DNA of 64,000 bases from Methanomassiliicoccaceae archaeon UBA472 (GCA_002497075.1 DAML01000015.1:110224-174223), one strand, 5' to 3'. Positions 37,373-47,424 are shown, counted from the first letter of the stretch. Program-made: numbers and translations. The notes: generated from the sequence alone by a model not told the origin.

Positions 37373-37897
37373 ATGGATAAGAGCGAGGTAAACCCGATAT
37401 GGGCATGCAGGGCCTTTCCGGCCTTCCCAGTTGTACTGGCCGCGATCGGGGACGGAAAAAGTAACAACAATATCATAACCGTCGCCCTGGTCCACATGTT
37501 CTCCTTCAACCCGCCGGTGCTAGGTATCGGGGTGTCCCCGGCCAGGCACAGCTACGAGATGCTTGAGGTCTCTGACGACTTCACCATCAACATCCCCGGA
37601 AAGGAACTGGTGGAGGAGGTCCTTTACTGCGGGCAGCGCTCCGGCCGCGAGGTGAACAAGTTCGAGGACTGCGGGTTCGAGGCCCGCCCGGGCAAGAAGA
37701 TCAAGTCCCCTTCGATAGACGAGTGCGCGGTGAACCTGGAATGCATTAAGCGTCAGAGGGTGGACGCGGGCGATCACGTTTGGTATCTTGGCGAGGTCGT
37801 GCACGCGGAGATGGCCAAGGATGCCGACCGCGAGAAGTCGCTCATGTACTGGTCCGGGGAGTTCCGCGTTCTCGGCGACGTCATCAGGCGGCGCTGA
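37373..37897 (+). CDS. Flavin reductase-like (FMN-binding split-barrel) protein, paralogue 1
   Basis: 174 aa from ATG 37373, which is preceded by TATA-like CCTTATTTTATATC. The pattern ITVALVHMFSFNPPVLGIGVSPARHSYEML ... GDHVWYLGEV fits this family. Confidence 0.75.
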   Translation: MDKSEVNPIWACRAFPAFPVVLAAIGDGKSNNNIITVALVHMFSFNPPVLGIGVSPARHSYEMLEVSDDFTINIPGKELVEEVLYCGQRSGREVNKFEDCGFEARPGKKIKSPSIDECAVNLECIKRQRVDAGDHVWYLGEVVHAEMAKDADREKSLMYWSGEFRVLGDVIRRR

Positions 37898-37951
37898 AAA
37901 GCTTTAATATCGTCCCGCTCCCGTATTTTATCGGGTGTTATTCTGGTCAGC

Positions 37952-38485
37952 ATGGACGACAAGGTCGATTTGGACCACATGGGCGCGGTCATGTCGCTCC
38001 CCCCGGCGCCAGTGGTGCTGGTGGGGGTGGGGGACAAGGAGAAGAACATCATCACGGTGGGCATGTTCAACGTGTTCTCGGTGCGCCCGCCGATCATCGG
38101 CATCGCGGTGACGACGTCGCGCCACAGCTATAAACTGCTGGAGGAGAACGACGAGTTCACCGTCAACATCCCCGGGAAGGAGCTGATGGACAAGGTCATA
38201 GCCTGCGGCGAGAAGAGCGGTGCCGACACCGATAAGTTCAAGTTGACTGGCCTTACGGCCGTCAAGGGTAAAAGAACGAAGGCCCCGCGCATCGCCGAGT
38301 GCCTCATAAACATCGAGATCAAGAAGACCCAATCCTTCGAGGTCGGCGATCACACCTGGTATCTCGGCGAGATAAAGCACACCGACATCGTGGAGAATTA
38401 CAACCGGAACGAGGCGCTGCTCTACTGGGACGGGGAGTACTGGACCGCCGCGGCGAAGCCGCTCAAGGTCCTAAGGCCTGATTGA
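37952..38485 (+). CDS. Flavin reductase-like (FMN-binding split-barrel) protein, paralogue 2
   Basis: 177 aa, clearly similar to the upstream gene (ITVGMFNVFSVRPPIIGIAVTTSRHSYKLL ... GDHTWYLGEI). Confidence 0.75.
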   Translation: MDDKVDLDHMGAVMSLPPAPVVLVGVGDKEKNIITVGMFNVFSVRPPIIGIAVTTSRHSYKLLEENDEFTVNIPGKELMDKVIACGEKSGADTDKFKLTGLTAVKGKRTKAPRIAECLINIEIKKTQSFEVGDHTWYLGEIKHTDIVENYNRNEALLYWDGEYWTAAAKPLKVLRPD

Positions 38486-39298
38486 AGGCTGCACGGCCTT
38501 CATGAACGAGCCGAATATCCTGACGCAGGAGGCGCTGTCCCTGAGGACAGTTAGCGCCTCGGCCACCTTTCCCTCCCGGGCGTCGCCGTCCAGGTCCAGG
38601 TAGAACACGTACTCCCACGTACGTCCGCGCCACGGGCGGGACTCGAGCTTGGTGATGTTCACGTCGTGCGTGGCGAAGGCCTTCAGGCAATCGAAAAGAG
38701 CTCCAGGCTGATTTTTTGTAGTGAAGGCCAGAGCGGTCTTGTTCCCCATCTCCTGCGAGCCGTCGCGGGAGAGCACGAAGAAGCGGGTGATGTTGTTCTT
38801 GACGCTCTGCACGTCCTCCAGCAGCACCTTCATGCCGTACGTGGAGGCAGCGCGTCTGGAGGCCAGGGCGGCCTCCTCCTTCGATCCGCGCTCCTTTATC
38901 ATGCGGACCGAACCGGCAGTGTCGAACGCCGGCACCTTCTGCCATTCCGGATGGGACGTCAGAAGATCGCGGCACTGGGCCAGTGCCTGCGGGTGGCTGT
39001 ACACCCGGCGGACGTCTGCCAGTTCCGCGTCGGGGTGACCGATGAGGCAGTGCCGGATGTGCACCATGACCTCGCCCATTACCTTCAGGTCGCTGCGGAA
39101 GAGCAGGTCGTTGGCGGAAGTGACGCTTCCTTCGATGCTGTTCTCCACCGGGAGCATCCCCAGGTCGGCCCGGCCGGAACGGACGGCATCGAAGAGGTCC
39201 ACGAACTCCGGGCATTCCAGAGCGATGGCGTCAGCATTCCAGCTGAACACCGCGTCCTCGCTGTACGCGCCCTTGACGCCTTGGAACGCCACGATCAT
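38471..39298 (-). CDS. pheA: Prephenate dehydratase with C-terminal ACT domain
   Basis: 275 aa. It has VAFQGVKGAYSEDA and the TRF motif (NITRFFVL), plus an ACT region NQPGALFDCLKAFATHDVNITKLESRP. Confidence 0.9.
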   Translation of the reverse strand: MIVAFQGVKGAYSEDAVFSWNADAIALECPEFVDLFDAVRSGRADLGMLPVENSIEGSVTSANDLLFRSDLKVMGEVMVHIRHCLIGHPDAELADVRRVYSHPQALAQCRDLLTSHPEWQKVPAFDTAGSVRMIKERGSKEEAALASRRAASTYGMKVLLEDVQSVKNNITRFFVLSRDGSQEMGNKTALAFTTKNQPGALFDCLKAFATHDVNITKLESRPWRGRTWEYVFYLDLDGDAREGKVAEALTVLRDSASCVRIFGSFMKAVQPSIRP

Positions 39299-39299
39299 T

Positions 39300-40664
39300 T
39301 CAGCACCCGAACAGTTCCTCGTGAACGGCCTTGGTGGCCTTCACCAGGTCCGCCTCGTCGACCGTGAAGTGATACGCTACTAGCGACGCTCCGGCGGATA
39401 TCAGCCCGACGTTCACGCCCTCCTTGGCCACGGCCTTGAAGACCCGGGAGGCCAGACCCTTGTGATGCCCCAGGCCTTCGCCTACGATGCACATCAGGGC
39501 GAAGTCGGTGTGCGTCTCGACGCGGGTGGCGCCGGACTCCGCCAGCGCCTTCTGGGCCTTGGCCACGTCCTTCTTGTCCACCAGCAGACCTATGCAGGTC
39601 AGGGACGTCACAACGCTGTAGATGTTGATCTCCGCCTCCCTCAGTATCGAGGCGACATCCGCCAGGACGCCCAGCTTGTAGCCGGTGCCCTCGCCGAACA
39701 CCTTCACCAGGGAGAGGTTCTTCATGCACGAGATGGACTTTATGCTCTTGTCCACGTTCTCGGTGCCGCCTATGGCCGTTCCAGGCGCTTCCGGACGGAA
39801 GACGTTCTTCACCCGGATCTCGATGTTTCCGGAGCGGGCGGGCTCCATGGTCATGGGGTGCACCACCTTGGCGCCGAAGTACGCGAGCTCGGCCGCCTCG
39901 TCGTAACTGAGGCGAGGGATGGCCTTGGCCGAAGGCACTATCTTCGGATCTACGCTCATGAACCCGTCCACGTCCTTCCAGATCTCCAGCGAAGACGCCC
40001 CCATGGCGTTGGCGACCGCCGCCGCGCTGTAATCGCTGCCGTTCCTGCCGAAGACGGTGACGCTTCCCTCCGGCGCCCGGCCGAAGAAACCGGTTATGAC
40101 CGGGGTCACGCCATCCTGCAGCATCTTCATCAATTTCGGGCGTATGTTGGAGCGGGTGGCCTCCATGTTGACGGTGGCCGTTCCGTAGATACCGTCGGTA
40201 ATTATCCCGACCTCATCAGCGTCGACCGGGCGGGCCTCCGTGCCCATCTCGTTGAGCAGGGCGGCCAGCATTATCACCGAAAGACGTTCGCCGAAGCACT
40301 GGACATAATCCCGTATGCGGGGATTGACCTCCTCGATGTAGCAGGAGCCGTAGAGCATCCGCTCCAACTTCACCAGCTTGGCGATGAGCTCCTCCATCGC
40401 CTTGGCCTGGCCTTTCTCCGTTCGTAACGCGTCCCTGATCAGGTCGGTGTGCAATCTCGTGATGTCCTTGATGAAGGCGTCCACGTCCTCCTCGCTACGG
40501 GTTCGGGAAATGAACTGCACCAGCATTTCGGTGACGCCGGTGACGGCGCTGAGCACCACGGCCTTCTTTTCCTTGTCGGCCACGATGATCTCGGCCACCT
40601 GACGCATGCACTCCCCGGTCTTCAGGGAAGAGCCGCCGAACTTCAGTACCTTCAGTTCCGCCAC
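39300..40664 (-). CDS. Aspartate kinase with tandem ACT domains
   Basis: 454 aa. It has the N-terminal LKFGGSSL, an amino-acid kinase fold and C-terminal ACT repeats. Confidence 0.9.
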   Translation of the reverse strand: MAELKVLKFGGSSLKTGECMRQVAEIIVADKEKKAVVLSAVTGVTEMLVQFISRTRSEEDVDAFIKDITRLHTDLIRDALRTEKGQAKAMEELIAKLVKLERMLYGSCYIEEVNPRIRDYVQCFGERLSVIMLAALLNEMGTEARPVDADEVGIITDGIYGTATVNMEATRSNIRPKLMKMLQDGVTPVITGFFGRAPEGSVTVFGRNGSDYSAAAVANAMGASSLEIWKDVDGFMSVDPKIVPSAKAIPRLSYDEAAELAYFGAKVVHPMTMEPARSGNIEIRVKNVFRPEAPGTAIGGTENVDKSIKSISCMKNLSLVKVFGEGTGYKLGVLADVASILREAEINIYSVVTSLTCIGLLVDKKDVAKAQKALAESGATRVETHTDFALMCIVGEGLGHHKGLASRVFKAVAKEGVNVGLISAGASLVAYHFTVDEADLVKATKAVHEELFGC

Positions 40665-41311
40665 CTCCTCTTGATGATGGCCTTCGGCGTTTCGACCAAT
40701 GCCCGGTCCGCCTGTTCTCTCGTAAGTCCGGCGGCCAGGGCGATCTGCGTCGCCGTGGCCTGGTCGATAAGGTCCCCGGGCGAATGGGTGTCGGTGTCGA
40801 CGACCATTAACGCTCCGGATTGCTGGGCCATGCGCGCCACGTGGCCGTTGGTCTTGCAGTGCGATCCGCGGGAGGTTATCTCCAGCACCACGCCGTTGTC
40901 GCGGGCGGCCTGCGCTTCCTCCAGCGTGATGAATCCCGGATGCGCTAGTATGTCCACCTCCGGGTTCATGACCGCCGCGTAGTTCGTCCCCTTCTCCACC
41001 GGCTCGCTTATGGTCTCCCCGTGAATGACGATGATCTCGGCGCCAAGCTTCCTCGCTTTGGAAACGACCTCATCGATGCGCCTGACCGGAACGTGAGTTA
41101 TCTCCACTCCAGCCAGCACCTTCATGCCCCATTCCTCGGCCAGCTCGGCGTCCCTTCGTCCCTCGGAGATCACCCTTTCCAGGTTGCTCAGGGAAGCGTG
41201 GTCCGTGAACGCCAGATACTTCGTCCCCTTGACGAAGGCGCGGCGGGCCAGCTCGATGGGCAGCAGCTCGCCGTCACTTAAAAGCGTGTGGGTATGCAGT
41301 TCGGCCCTCAT
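40652..41311 (-). CDS. PHP-domain phosphoesterase, candidate histidinol-phosphate phosphatase
   Basis: 219 aa from ATG 41311 ([14 protein letters not shown]...), which overlaps the hisIE stop (ATGA). It has PHP metal motifs (HTHT, TDH, IHGE, DTDTH). The functional call rests on its position in the his string. The longer ORF-track start at 41410 would be an antisense-overlap extension. Confidence 0.6.
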   Translation of the reverse strand: MRAELHTHTLLSDGELLPIELARRAFVKGTKYLAFTDHASLSNLERVISEGRRDAELAEEWGMKVLAGVEITHVPVRRIDEVVSKARKLGAEIIVIHGETISEPVEKGTNYAAVMNPEVDILAHPGFITLEEAQAARDNGVVLEITSRGSHCKTNGHVARMAQQSGALMVVDTDTHSPGDLIDQATATQIALAAGLTREQADRALVETPKAIIKRRWRN

Positions 41312-41910
41312 TTTCTCCTCTCCGCCAGCTTCCGGTACACGTCCTCCCACCTGACCTCCATTCCCTCGACGGCCACCATCAGGTGGTAGACGAGATCGGC
41401 CACTTCCCACGATTGCTCGGCGGCCTTGTGGTCCTTGGCGGCTAAAAGGACTTCCCCGGCCTCCTCGACCACCTTCTTCAGGCGCTTGTTCTCGTCCGCG
41501 AACAGCTTGCAGGTATAGCTACTGTCGACGGGATTCGCCTTGCGGTCCCGGACGACCTGTAAGAGCTGAGGAAGCACGGCCATGGTGCCTTCGATGTCGC
41601 CGTAAACAACCTCGTCAAAGCAGGACATCCGCTCCAGGTGGCAGGCCACGCCGGTCTGCTTCACCCGTACTAGCAGAGTATCGTTATCGCAGTCCAGCTG
41701 CATGGAGACGATCTCCTGCACATGTCCGGACGTTTCTCCTTTCTTCCACTGTTCCTTCCGGGAGCGGGAATAGAAATGGGTGAAGCCGGTCCTCAGCATG
41801 TCCCGGTACGCCTGCTCGTTGGCGTAGGCCATCATCAGAACCTCGTTGGTCTCGTGGTCCTGTACGATGACAGGGATGAGACCATCCTCGCCGAACTTAG
41901 GGCTGCTCAT
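41308..41910 (-). CDS. hisI: Bifunctional phosphoribosyl-AMP cyclohydrolase / phosphoribosyl-ATP pyrophosphatase (HisIE)
   Basis: 200 aa. The HisI core is [17 protein letters not shown] ... DCDNDTLL. The HisE part is a C-terminal helical MazG-like region ([11 protein letters not shown]). Confidence 0.9.
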   Translation of the reverse strand: MSSPKFGEDGLIPVIVQDHETNEVLMMAYANEQAYRDMLRTGFTHFYSRSRKEQWKKGETSGHVQEIVSMQLDCDNDTLLVRVKQTGVACHLERMSCFDEVVYGDIEGTMAVLPQLLQVVRDRKANPVDSSYTCKLFADENKRLKKVVEEAGEVLLAAKDHKAAEQSWEVADLVYHLMVAVEGMEVRWEDVYRKLAERRK

Positions 41911-42662
41911 CTCACCTCAACTCCGTTCTGCCTGAGATACGTCTTTACGTCCTTGACGGTCCACTGACCGTAGTGGAATATGGAGGCGGCCAGAGCGGCC
42001 TCGGCCCGAGTCTCCTTCAGCACGTCCAGTATGTGCTTGGGGGAACCGCATCCCCCGGAAGCGATGACCGGAATGTTGACCGCGTCCGCCACGGCCTTCG
42101 TCATCGCAATATCGTAACCGTCCTTGGTGCCGTCAGCGTCCATGCTGGTCAGGAGTATCTCGCCGGCGCCCAGGTCCTCCACCTTGCGCGCCCACTCCAC
42201 CATGTCCATCTTGGCGTCCTTCCGTCCGCCGTGCGTGTAGACGGTCCAGCCGCCGGCATGGCGCTTGGCGTCTATGGCCACGACCACGCACTGCGAACCG
42301 AAATCCTTGGCGCACTCGGAGATGATCTCCGGACGCTGCACCGCGACCGTGTTCACGGACACCTTGTCCGCTCCGGCGTTGAGCGCAGCGCGCATGTCGT
42401 CCTTCTCCCGGATGCCGCCGCCGACCGTAAGCGGAACGAAGAGACGCTTGGCCGTCTCCTCCACGATGCCGAGAAGCGTCTTGCGCCCCTCGGCCGAAGC
42501 GGAGATGTCCAGGAAGACGATCTCGTCCGCTCCCTGCTTCTCGTAAGCTTCCGCCAGCTCAGGCGGGTATCCCACGTCCTTCAGGTCCAGGAACTTGATC
42601 CCCTTGACCACGGCCCCGTTCTTGACGTCCAGGCAGGGGATGATCCTCTTGGTCAGGCTCAT
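41907..42662 (-). CDS. hisF: Imidazole glycerol phosphate synthase cyclase subunit HisF
   Basis: 251 aa. It has [17 protein letters not shown] and VIASGG. Confidence 0.95.
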   Translation of the reverse strand: MSLTKRIIPCLDVKNGAVVKGIKFLDLKDVGYPPELAEAYEKQGADEIVFLDISASAEGRKTLLGIVEETAKRLFVPLTVGGGIREKDDMRAALNAGADKVSVNTVAVQRPEIISECAKDFGSQCVVVAIDAKRHAGGWTVYTHGGRKDAKMDMVEWARKVEDLGAGEILLTSMDADGTKDGYDIAMTKAVADAVNIPVIASGGCGSPKHILDVLKETRAEAALAASIFHYGQWTVKDVKTYLRQNGVEVR

Positions 42663-43210
42663 CCCTTGCTCACCCTAGGCCGGTCCTTGGTGCTCAGCTC
42701 GCTCCGGCGCGGAAGCACCGCCGATCTCAGCGCCTTGCCCAACGCCTTGAAGGACGCCTCAACGATGTGGTGCTGGTCGTAGCCGCGGATGACCATGATG
42801 TGCATGGTGATCCCGGAAGACATGGCGAAGCTGCGGAAGAAGTGCGCGTAAAGGTCGTCAGGGCAATCCACGTCCGCGTACGGCCGTTCGATGATGTCCA
42901 CCGCGACCTGGACCAAGGCGTCGTCCATGGGGATCAGCGAGAACGCCGTCCGCTCTATGGGCGTCTCGCCCAGGCACTGCTTCAGCGTCTTGCCGAGAAC
43001 TATGGCCACGTCCTCCACCAGGTGGTGCACGTCGTCCCCCTTCGCCTCCAAGGTAATATCGAAATTGGCGTAGCGTCCTAACGTCTCGACCATGTGGCGC
43101 AGGAACTGCTCTTCGCACTCCACTTTGGTCACGCCCTCGCCATCAAGGTCCAGCTTCAGCCGGACCTCGGTCTCCCTGGTCTTGCGCACTACCTCGGTCT
43201 TGCGGTCCAT
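42659..43210 (-). CDS. hisB: Imidazoleglycerol-phosphate dehydratase HisB
   Basis: 183 aa. It has [17 protein letters not shown] and the HHIVEA pattern. Confidence 0.9.
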   Translation of the reverse strand: MDRKTEVVRKTRETEVRLKLDLDGEGVTKVECEEQFLRHMVETLGRYANFDITLEAKGDDVHHLVEDVAIVLGKTLKQCLGETPIERTAFSLIPMDDALVQVAVDIIERPYADVDCPDDLYAHFFRSFAMSSGITMHIMVIRGYDQHHIVEASFKALGKALRSAVLPRRSELSTKDRPRVSKG

Positions 43211-43214
43211 GGCC

Positions 43215-43916
43215 TCATCTCCAGATTGCGTTATGATTCAGTTTTCCAGTATAAAGTGATAATCCCACCACTGACTCCTTTACGCCCATGCGCTCGAGCG
43301 CCTCCACGTCGCGCTCGTCCGTCACGCCGCCGGAGACGATGGTCAGGTGCGGGCATCTGGTGACAAAATCTCGCACCACGTTCACGTCAATTCCTTTGGC
43401 CTGGCCTTCCACGTCCACGTTGGTGAAAAGCACGCCCGCCAAGGGCAGTTCGGCGATGGAGGCGAAGACGTCCTCCAGGTCCAACGGTGAATCTTCCTTC
43501 CAGCCGTGCGTCTGTATCCGTCCGCCCTTCATGTCCAGGGCCAGGACCATCCGCTTGGGATATCTCAGGGACATCGCCCTCAGCCAGGCCGGGTCCTTCA
43601 ATCCCTTCGTTCCGGCGATGACGCGGTCCGCGCCGCAGTCCAGGAAGTACTCGGCGACCTCCGTGGAGCGTATGCCTCCTCCTACCTGGACGGGGACCTT
43701 TGAGCTCTCGATGATCTTGCGGATGACCTGGGCGTTGTGCCCTTTGCCCAGGGCGGAATCGAGGTCGATGATGTGCAGTCGTTTCGCTCCCTTCGATTCC
43801 CAGTCCCTGGCGACCGTCAGCGGATCGGGCAGCGTGACCTGCTCCGTCCCCGGGACGCCTCCGACCAGCTGCACCACGCGGTGGTCCAGTATGTCCACGG
43901 CCGGTATGATCCTCAT
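43215..43916 (-). CDS. hisA: ProFAR isomerase HisA
   Basis: 233 aa from ATG 43916 (MRIIPAVDILDHRVVQLVGG...), which overlaps the hisH stop (ATGA). The ORF-track start at 44387 is an Arg/Gly-rich out-of-context extension through hisH. Confidence 0.9.
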   Translation of the reverse strand: MRIIPAVDILDHRVVQLVGGVPGTEQVTLPDPLTVARDWESKGAKRLHIIDLDSALGKGHNAQVIRKIIESSKVPVQVGGGIRSTEVAEYFLDCGADRVIAGTKGLKDPAWLRAMSLRYPKRMVLALDMKGGRIQTHGWKEDSPLDLEDVFASIAELPLAGVLFTNVDVEGQAKGIDVNVVRDFVTRCPHLTIVSGGVTDERDVEALERMGVKESVVGLSLYTGKLNHNAIWR

Positions 43917-44512
43917 TTCCTCTCCTCCGCGAAGCGCACGAAGTTGTTCAGGAAGGACATCCCGGCGAAGGAGCTCTTCTCCGGGTGGAACTGCGTACCG
44001 TACGTGTTCGATTTGTGGAACAGCGTCGGTATTCGCCCAAAGTAATCGGTATGTCCTACGTCGGAACCGTCCTCCGGGCTGCCGTGGAAGGAGTGGGCGA
44101 AGTAGAAGTGGGTGTCGTCCACGCCGTTCATTATCTCGTCGTCCGTCTCCACGGTGTTCCAGCCCATGTGCGGTATGCGCGGGGCTTTCAATCTGACCAC
44201 CCTTCCATGCAGGAATCCCAGCCCGGGGCCTTCGCCCTCCGCGCTGTTCTGGAACATTATCTGCATGCCGATGCATATTCCCAGGCAGGGAACGCCTTCG
44301 TTCAGCCGTTGGACGATGTCCTCCTTGTAAGGAAGCAGGCGCTCCATGGTCTTGTCGAAGGCGCCCACGCCAGGAAGCACGATGCATTCCGCCTCGGTAA
44401 GCAGGGACATGTCCTCGATGACGTTCACGATAGCGCCGCAGTTCTCCAAGGCCTTGCGGATGGAGTGCAGATTGCCCACGCCGTAGTCGGCCAGGGCCAC
44501 CTTCAACGGCAT
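43913..44512 (-). CDS. hisH: Imidazole glycerol phosphate synthase glutaminase subunit HisH
   Basis: 199 aa from ATG 44512 (MPLKVALADYGVGNLHS...). It has the GATase-1 Cys region LGICIGMQ and FHPEKS. Confidence 0.9.
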   Translation of the reverse strand: MPLKVALADYGVGNLHSIRKALENCGAIVNVIEDMSLLTEAECIVLPGVGAFDKTMERLLPYKEDIVQRLNEGVPCLGICIGMQIMFQNSAEGEGPGLGFLHGRVVRLKAPRIPHMGWNTVETDDEIMNGVDDTHFYFAHSFHGSPEDGSDVGHTDYFGRIPTLFHKSNTYGTQFHPEKSSFAGMSFLNNFVRFAEERK

Positions 44513-45555
44513 TCCCTCAGCACCTCCCGCATTTTGTCCAGCAGGACGGTGTTCATCTCCCTGGTGCCTATGGTGGTCCGGATGCAGTTCTCTAACCGCC
44601 GTACTTTGCCGAAGTCCCTGACCAGTACTCCCTTCTCTGATAACTTGGCGGTAAGCACATCGGAGGGCAGGTCCGGGCGGAACAGGATGTAGTTCGCTTC
44701 CGACGGGAACACCTGGAAGCCTAGATCGCTCAGCCCCTTGGAGAGGAACGGGCGCTCTTCGTTCACCACGCGCACGCTCCGGTCCAGGAACTCCCGGTCC
44801 CTCAGGGCGGCGATGGCCACCCGCTCCCCTATCACGTTCAGCGAGTAGGGTATCTTGACCTTCTGCAGCGCCTCGGCCATTTCGAGGCCAGCGGCCATGT
44901 AGCCGATCCTCATACCCGCCAGCCCGTACGCCTTGGAGAAGGTGCGGGTGACGATGAGGTTGTCGTACTTGTTCACCAGGGGAAGGAAGGAATCGCCCGT
45001 GTACTCTCCGTACGCTTCGTCCACCACGACCGGGCGGTCCGCCCCTTCGATCACGGCCTTGAGGTCGTCCTTGCGGAAGGTGTTGGCGGTCGGATTGTTC
45101 GGGGTGCACAGAAGCACCAGTTTCCCCGGGGTGGAATTTATCTTATCCACGTCCAGTTGAAAATCGTCGTCCAGGTCCACGGTCACCGTTCGTCCGGCGT
45201 TGATCTTGACGAAGAAGGAGTGCAGCACGTAAGCGGGGTGAGCGGTCAGGACCGTCTCCCCCGGCTCAACGAGCGTCTTCATGATGATGTCCAGTGCCTC
45301 GTCGGAACCGTTGCCGACGACGAAATTATTGGAGCTCATCCCGTAGAGCTTGGCCAGCTCGTCCCGCAGATTGTCACCGTAGGTGTTGGGGTACTGTCCC
45401 ACGTTCAGCTTCGTGCATTCCATCAGCTCCCTCTGCCCGGCGGGGTTCGCGCCCAGGGCGTTGGTGCTGGTGTCCATGCGGAGCTTGTTCCCGACCTTCG
45501 GATTGTAATAGAGCTGCAGGTCCCGGCAGGTAGATCGTATCCAGTCCTTGTTCAT
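44503..45555 (-). CDS. hisC: Histidinol-phosphate aminotransferase HisC
   Basis: 350 aa. It has a class II aminotransferase fold and the lysine region RTFSKAYGLAGMRIGY. Confidence 0.9.
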   Translation of the reverse strand: MNKDWIRSTCRDLQLYYNPKVGNKLRMDTSTNALGANPAGQRELMECTKLNVGQYPNTYGDNLRDELAKLYGMSSNNFVVGNGSDEALDIIMKTLVEPGETVLTAHPAYVLHSFFVKINAGRTVTVDLDDDFQLDVDKINSTPGKLVLLCTPNNPTANTFRKDDLKAVIEGADRPVVVDEAYGEYTGDSFLPLVNKYDNLIVTRTFSKAYGLAGMRIGYMAAGLEMAEALQKVKIPYSLNVIGERVAIAALRDREFLDRSVRVVNEERPFLSKGLSDLGFQVFPSEANYILFRPDLPSDVLTAKLSEKGVLVRDFGKVRRLENCIRTTIGTREMNTVLLDKMREVLRECR

Positions 45556-45564
45556 ATGGACACC

Positions 45565-46428
45565 TCAGGGGACCATGCGGTCTATCGGAGTCAGCAGAAT
45601 GCCGGTGGCACCCATGCGCTTCAGCTTGTTGATGGCATCGAACGCGTCCGTCTTATCGATCACCACATGCACCGCCACTACGTCGTCCCGGCCGATGATG
45701 TTCATGATGGTCGGTCCGGCTATTCCGGGGAACGCTTTCTTGACCTCATCCAACGAGGATTTGGGAACGTCGGCCATGAGATATTTCTTGTTCTCCGCCT
45801 CCGTGACGCTGAGCATGGCCGATATTATTTCCTGCACCTGCTGCTCGCATCCCTCATACGCCTTGCGGTTGGCGATGACCACGGCCTGCGATTCTGCTAT
45901 GACCGCCAGCTCGCGCAGGTGGTTCATCTTCAACGTCGAACCGCTGGAGACCAGGTCCACGATGATATCGGCCACGCCTAGCAGCGGGGCTATTTCGGCC
46001 GCTCCGGCGATGGAGGTGATCTCGACCCTCTTGCCCAGCTTTTCAAAGTACTGCTTGGTGAGGTTCGGGAATGAGGTGGCTACGACCAGATCGTCCGGAA
46101 GGTCCTCCGGCCTCTCGACCTTCATGGTATCCGGCACGGCCACGGAAAGGCGGCAGCGCCCGAAGTTGAGATGATAAGGAACAACGACGTCCAGTCCAGA
46201 TTCGAGCACAAGGTCGAAGCCGGTGATGCCTACGTCCACCGCTCCCTTGTGCACGAACCTGACTATGTCCTGGGCCCGGAGGAACATGACCGCCAGGTCT
46301 TGGCGTTTGACATTGGCGTAGAGCCTGCGCTCATCGCCGTTCTCGATCTCCAGTCCGGCCTGCTTGAGGATCTCTATGGACCTCTCGCTCAGCCTTCCTT
46401 TGTTGGGTATGGCCAGCCTCAGTGTCAT
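45565..46428 (-). CDS. hisG: ATP phosphoribosyltransferase HisG (long form with C-terminal regulatory domain)
   Basis: 287 aa from ATG 46428 (MTLRLAIPNKGRL...). It has DLVSSGSTL. Confidence 0.9.
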   Translation of the reverse strand: MTLRLAIPNKGRLSERSIEILKQAGLEIENGDERRLYANVKRQDLAVMFLRAQDIVRFVHKGAVDVGITGFDLVLESGLDVVVPYHLNFGRCRLSVAVPDTMKVERPEDLPDDLVVATSFPNLTKQYFEKLGKRVEITSIAGAAEIAPLLGVADIIVDLVSSGSTLKMNHLRELAVIAESQAVVIANRKAYEGCEQQVQEIISAMLSVTEAENKKYLMADVPKSSLDEVKKAFPGIAGPTIMNIIGRDDVVAVHVVIDKTDAFDAINKLKRMGATGILLTPIDRMVP

Positions 46429-46593
46429 GTGATAACCCTTGGCATTTCCCAACAATGGACAATTGCTACTTATAATTACTGACACTCTGGTCGTGCGCCC
46501 GCGTCAGGAAGGAACATATTGCCAAGTTCGCATTTCCGGAACGGTTCGTTCCCTCCGGGCGGCAATAGCGAATTCTCAAATAAACCGGCGGAA

Positions 46594-47424
46594 ATGAGGC
46601 CGAGCATGGCGGACGATTGGCGGGACATATGGGAGATGGCCAATTCCCATTCGCCCTATCGTAAGTTCCCCGTGGACCGCCAGAGACTGGTGCAGCATTG
46701 GGACGAGGTGTCCAAGGACTACGACAGCGAATCGATGTCGCTCATAGATGAGCGCATATGGGGGTTGCTGGAGGACATGTCCGTTCTGCCCGAAGATGGT
46801 ACGGCATTGGACATCGGCTGCGGGACCGGCTCCCTGACGGCCATGCTGGCCTCGAAATGCTCCCGCGTTCTAGGCGTGGACATATCGCCAGGCATGCTAT
46901 CCTTGGCCCGCGATAGGTGCTCGAGCCTGGGGAACGTCAAGTTCCTTTGCCAGAGCTGGGAGGATTTCTCGCCTGCACGTCGCTACGACCTCGTGTTCTC
47001 CTCGTTCTGCCCGGCGGTGGACGATGTCCGTTCGGTGATGCGGATGGATGCCATGAGCGACGGGACCTGCTGCATCGTGTCCCTGGGCGGTTCCTCCGGC
47101 GACCGCCTGGCCTTTGACATATGGGAGGAACTGGGGTACCCAGGGATCTCCATGGAGGGCTTCGATCCCATATTCCCGTACCGCATCCTCATGGAGATGG
47201 ACCGCGCCCCTTCGCTGCGCCGCTTCGACGTGCACGAGGAGACCGAGATGGCGGAAGAGGACATGGTGCATCATCTGGTGCGCTATTTTTCGCTGTTCCA
47301 CAGAGTGGACGAAAAGGTGAGGCATACCATCGCCGAGAACGTGCAAAGGAAATCCAACCGCGGACGGTTCACGCTGCGGGAGGACCGCACGGTCAGCATT
47401 CTGAAATGGTCGCCAGTCGATTAG
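46594..47424 (+). CDS. Class I SAM-dependent methyltransferase, substrate unknown
   Basis: It has the SAM-binding motif ALDIGCGTGSLT and an acidic loop. The start is uncertain: the ORF-track start is TTG 46519, ATG codons are at 46594 and 46606, and a TATA-like AATTCTCAAATAAA lies at about 46571. Confidence 0.65.
   Translation: MRPSMADDWRDIWEMANSHSPYRKFPVDRQRLVQHWDEVSKDYDSESMSLIDERIWGLLEDMSVLPEDGTALDIGCGTGSLTAMLASKCSRVLGVDISPGMLSLARDRCSSLGNVKFLCQSWEDFSPARRYDLVFSSFCPAVDDVRSVMRMDAMSDGTCCIVSLGGSSGDRLAFDIWEELGYPGISMEGFDPIFPYRILMEMDRAPSLRRFDVHEETEMAEEDMVHHLVRYFSLFHRVDEKVRHTIAENVQRKSNRGRFTLREDRTVSILKWSPVD

Noticed and set aside
43917-45109. Long N-terminal extensions of the hisA (to 44387) and hisH (to 45109) ORFs
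   Set aside because: The extensions run through the upstream genes in another frame and are Arg/Gly-rich. Internal ATGs at 43916 and 44512 give canonical HisA and HisH N-termini with 4- to 10-nt coupling overlaps. The same logic applies to 41312-41410, 48141-48275 and 46429-46485.
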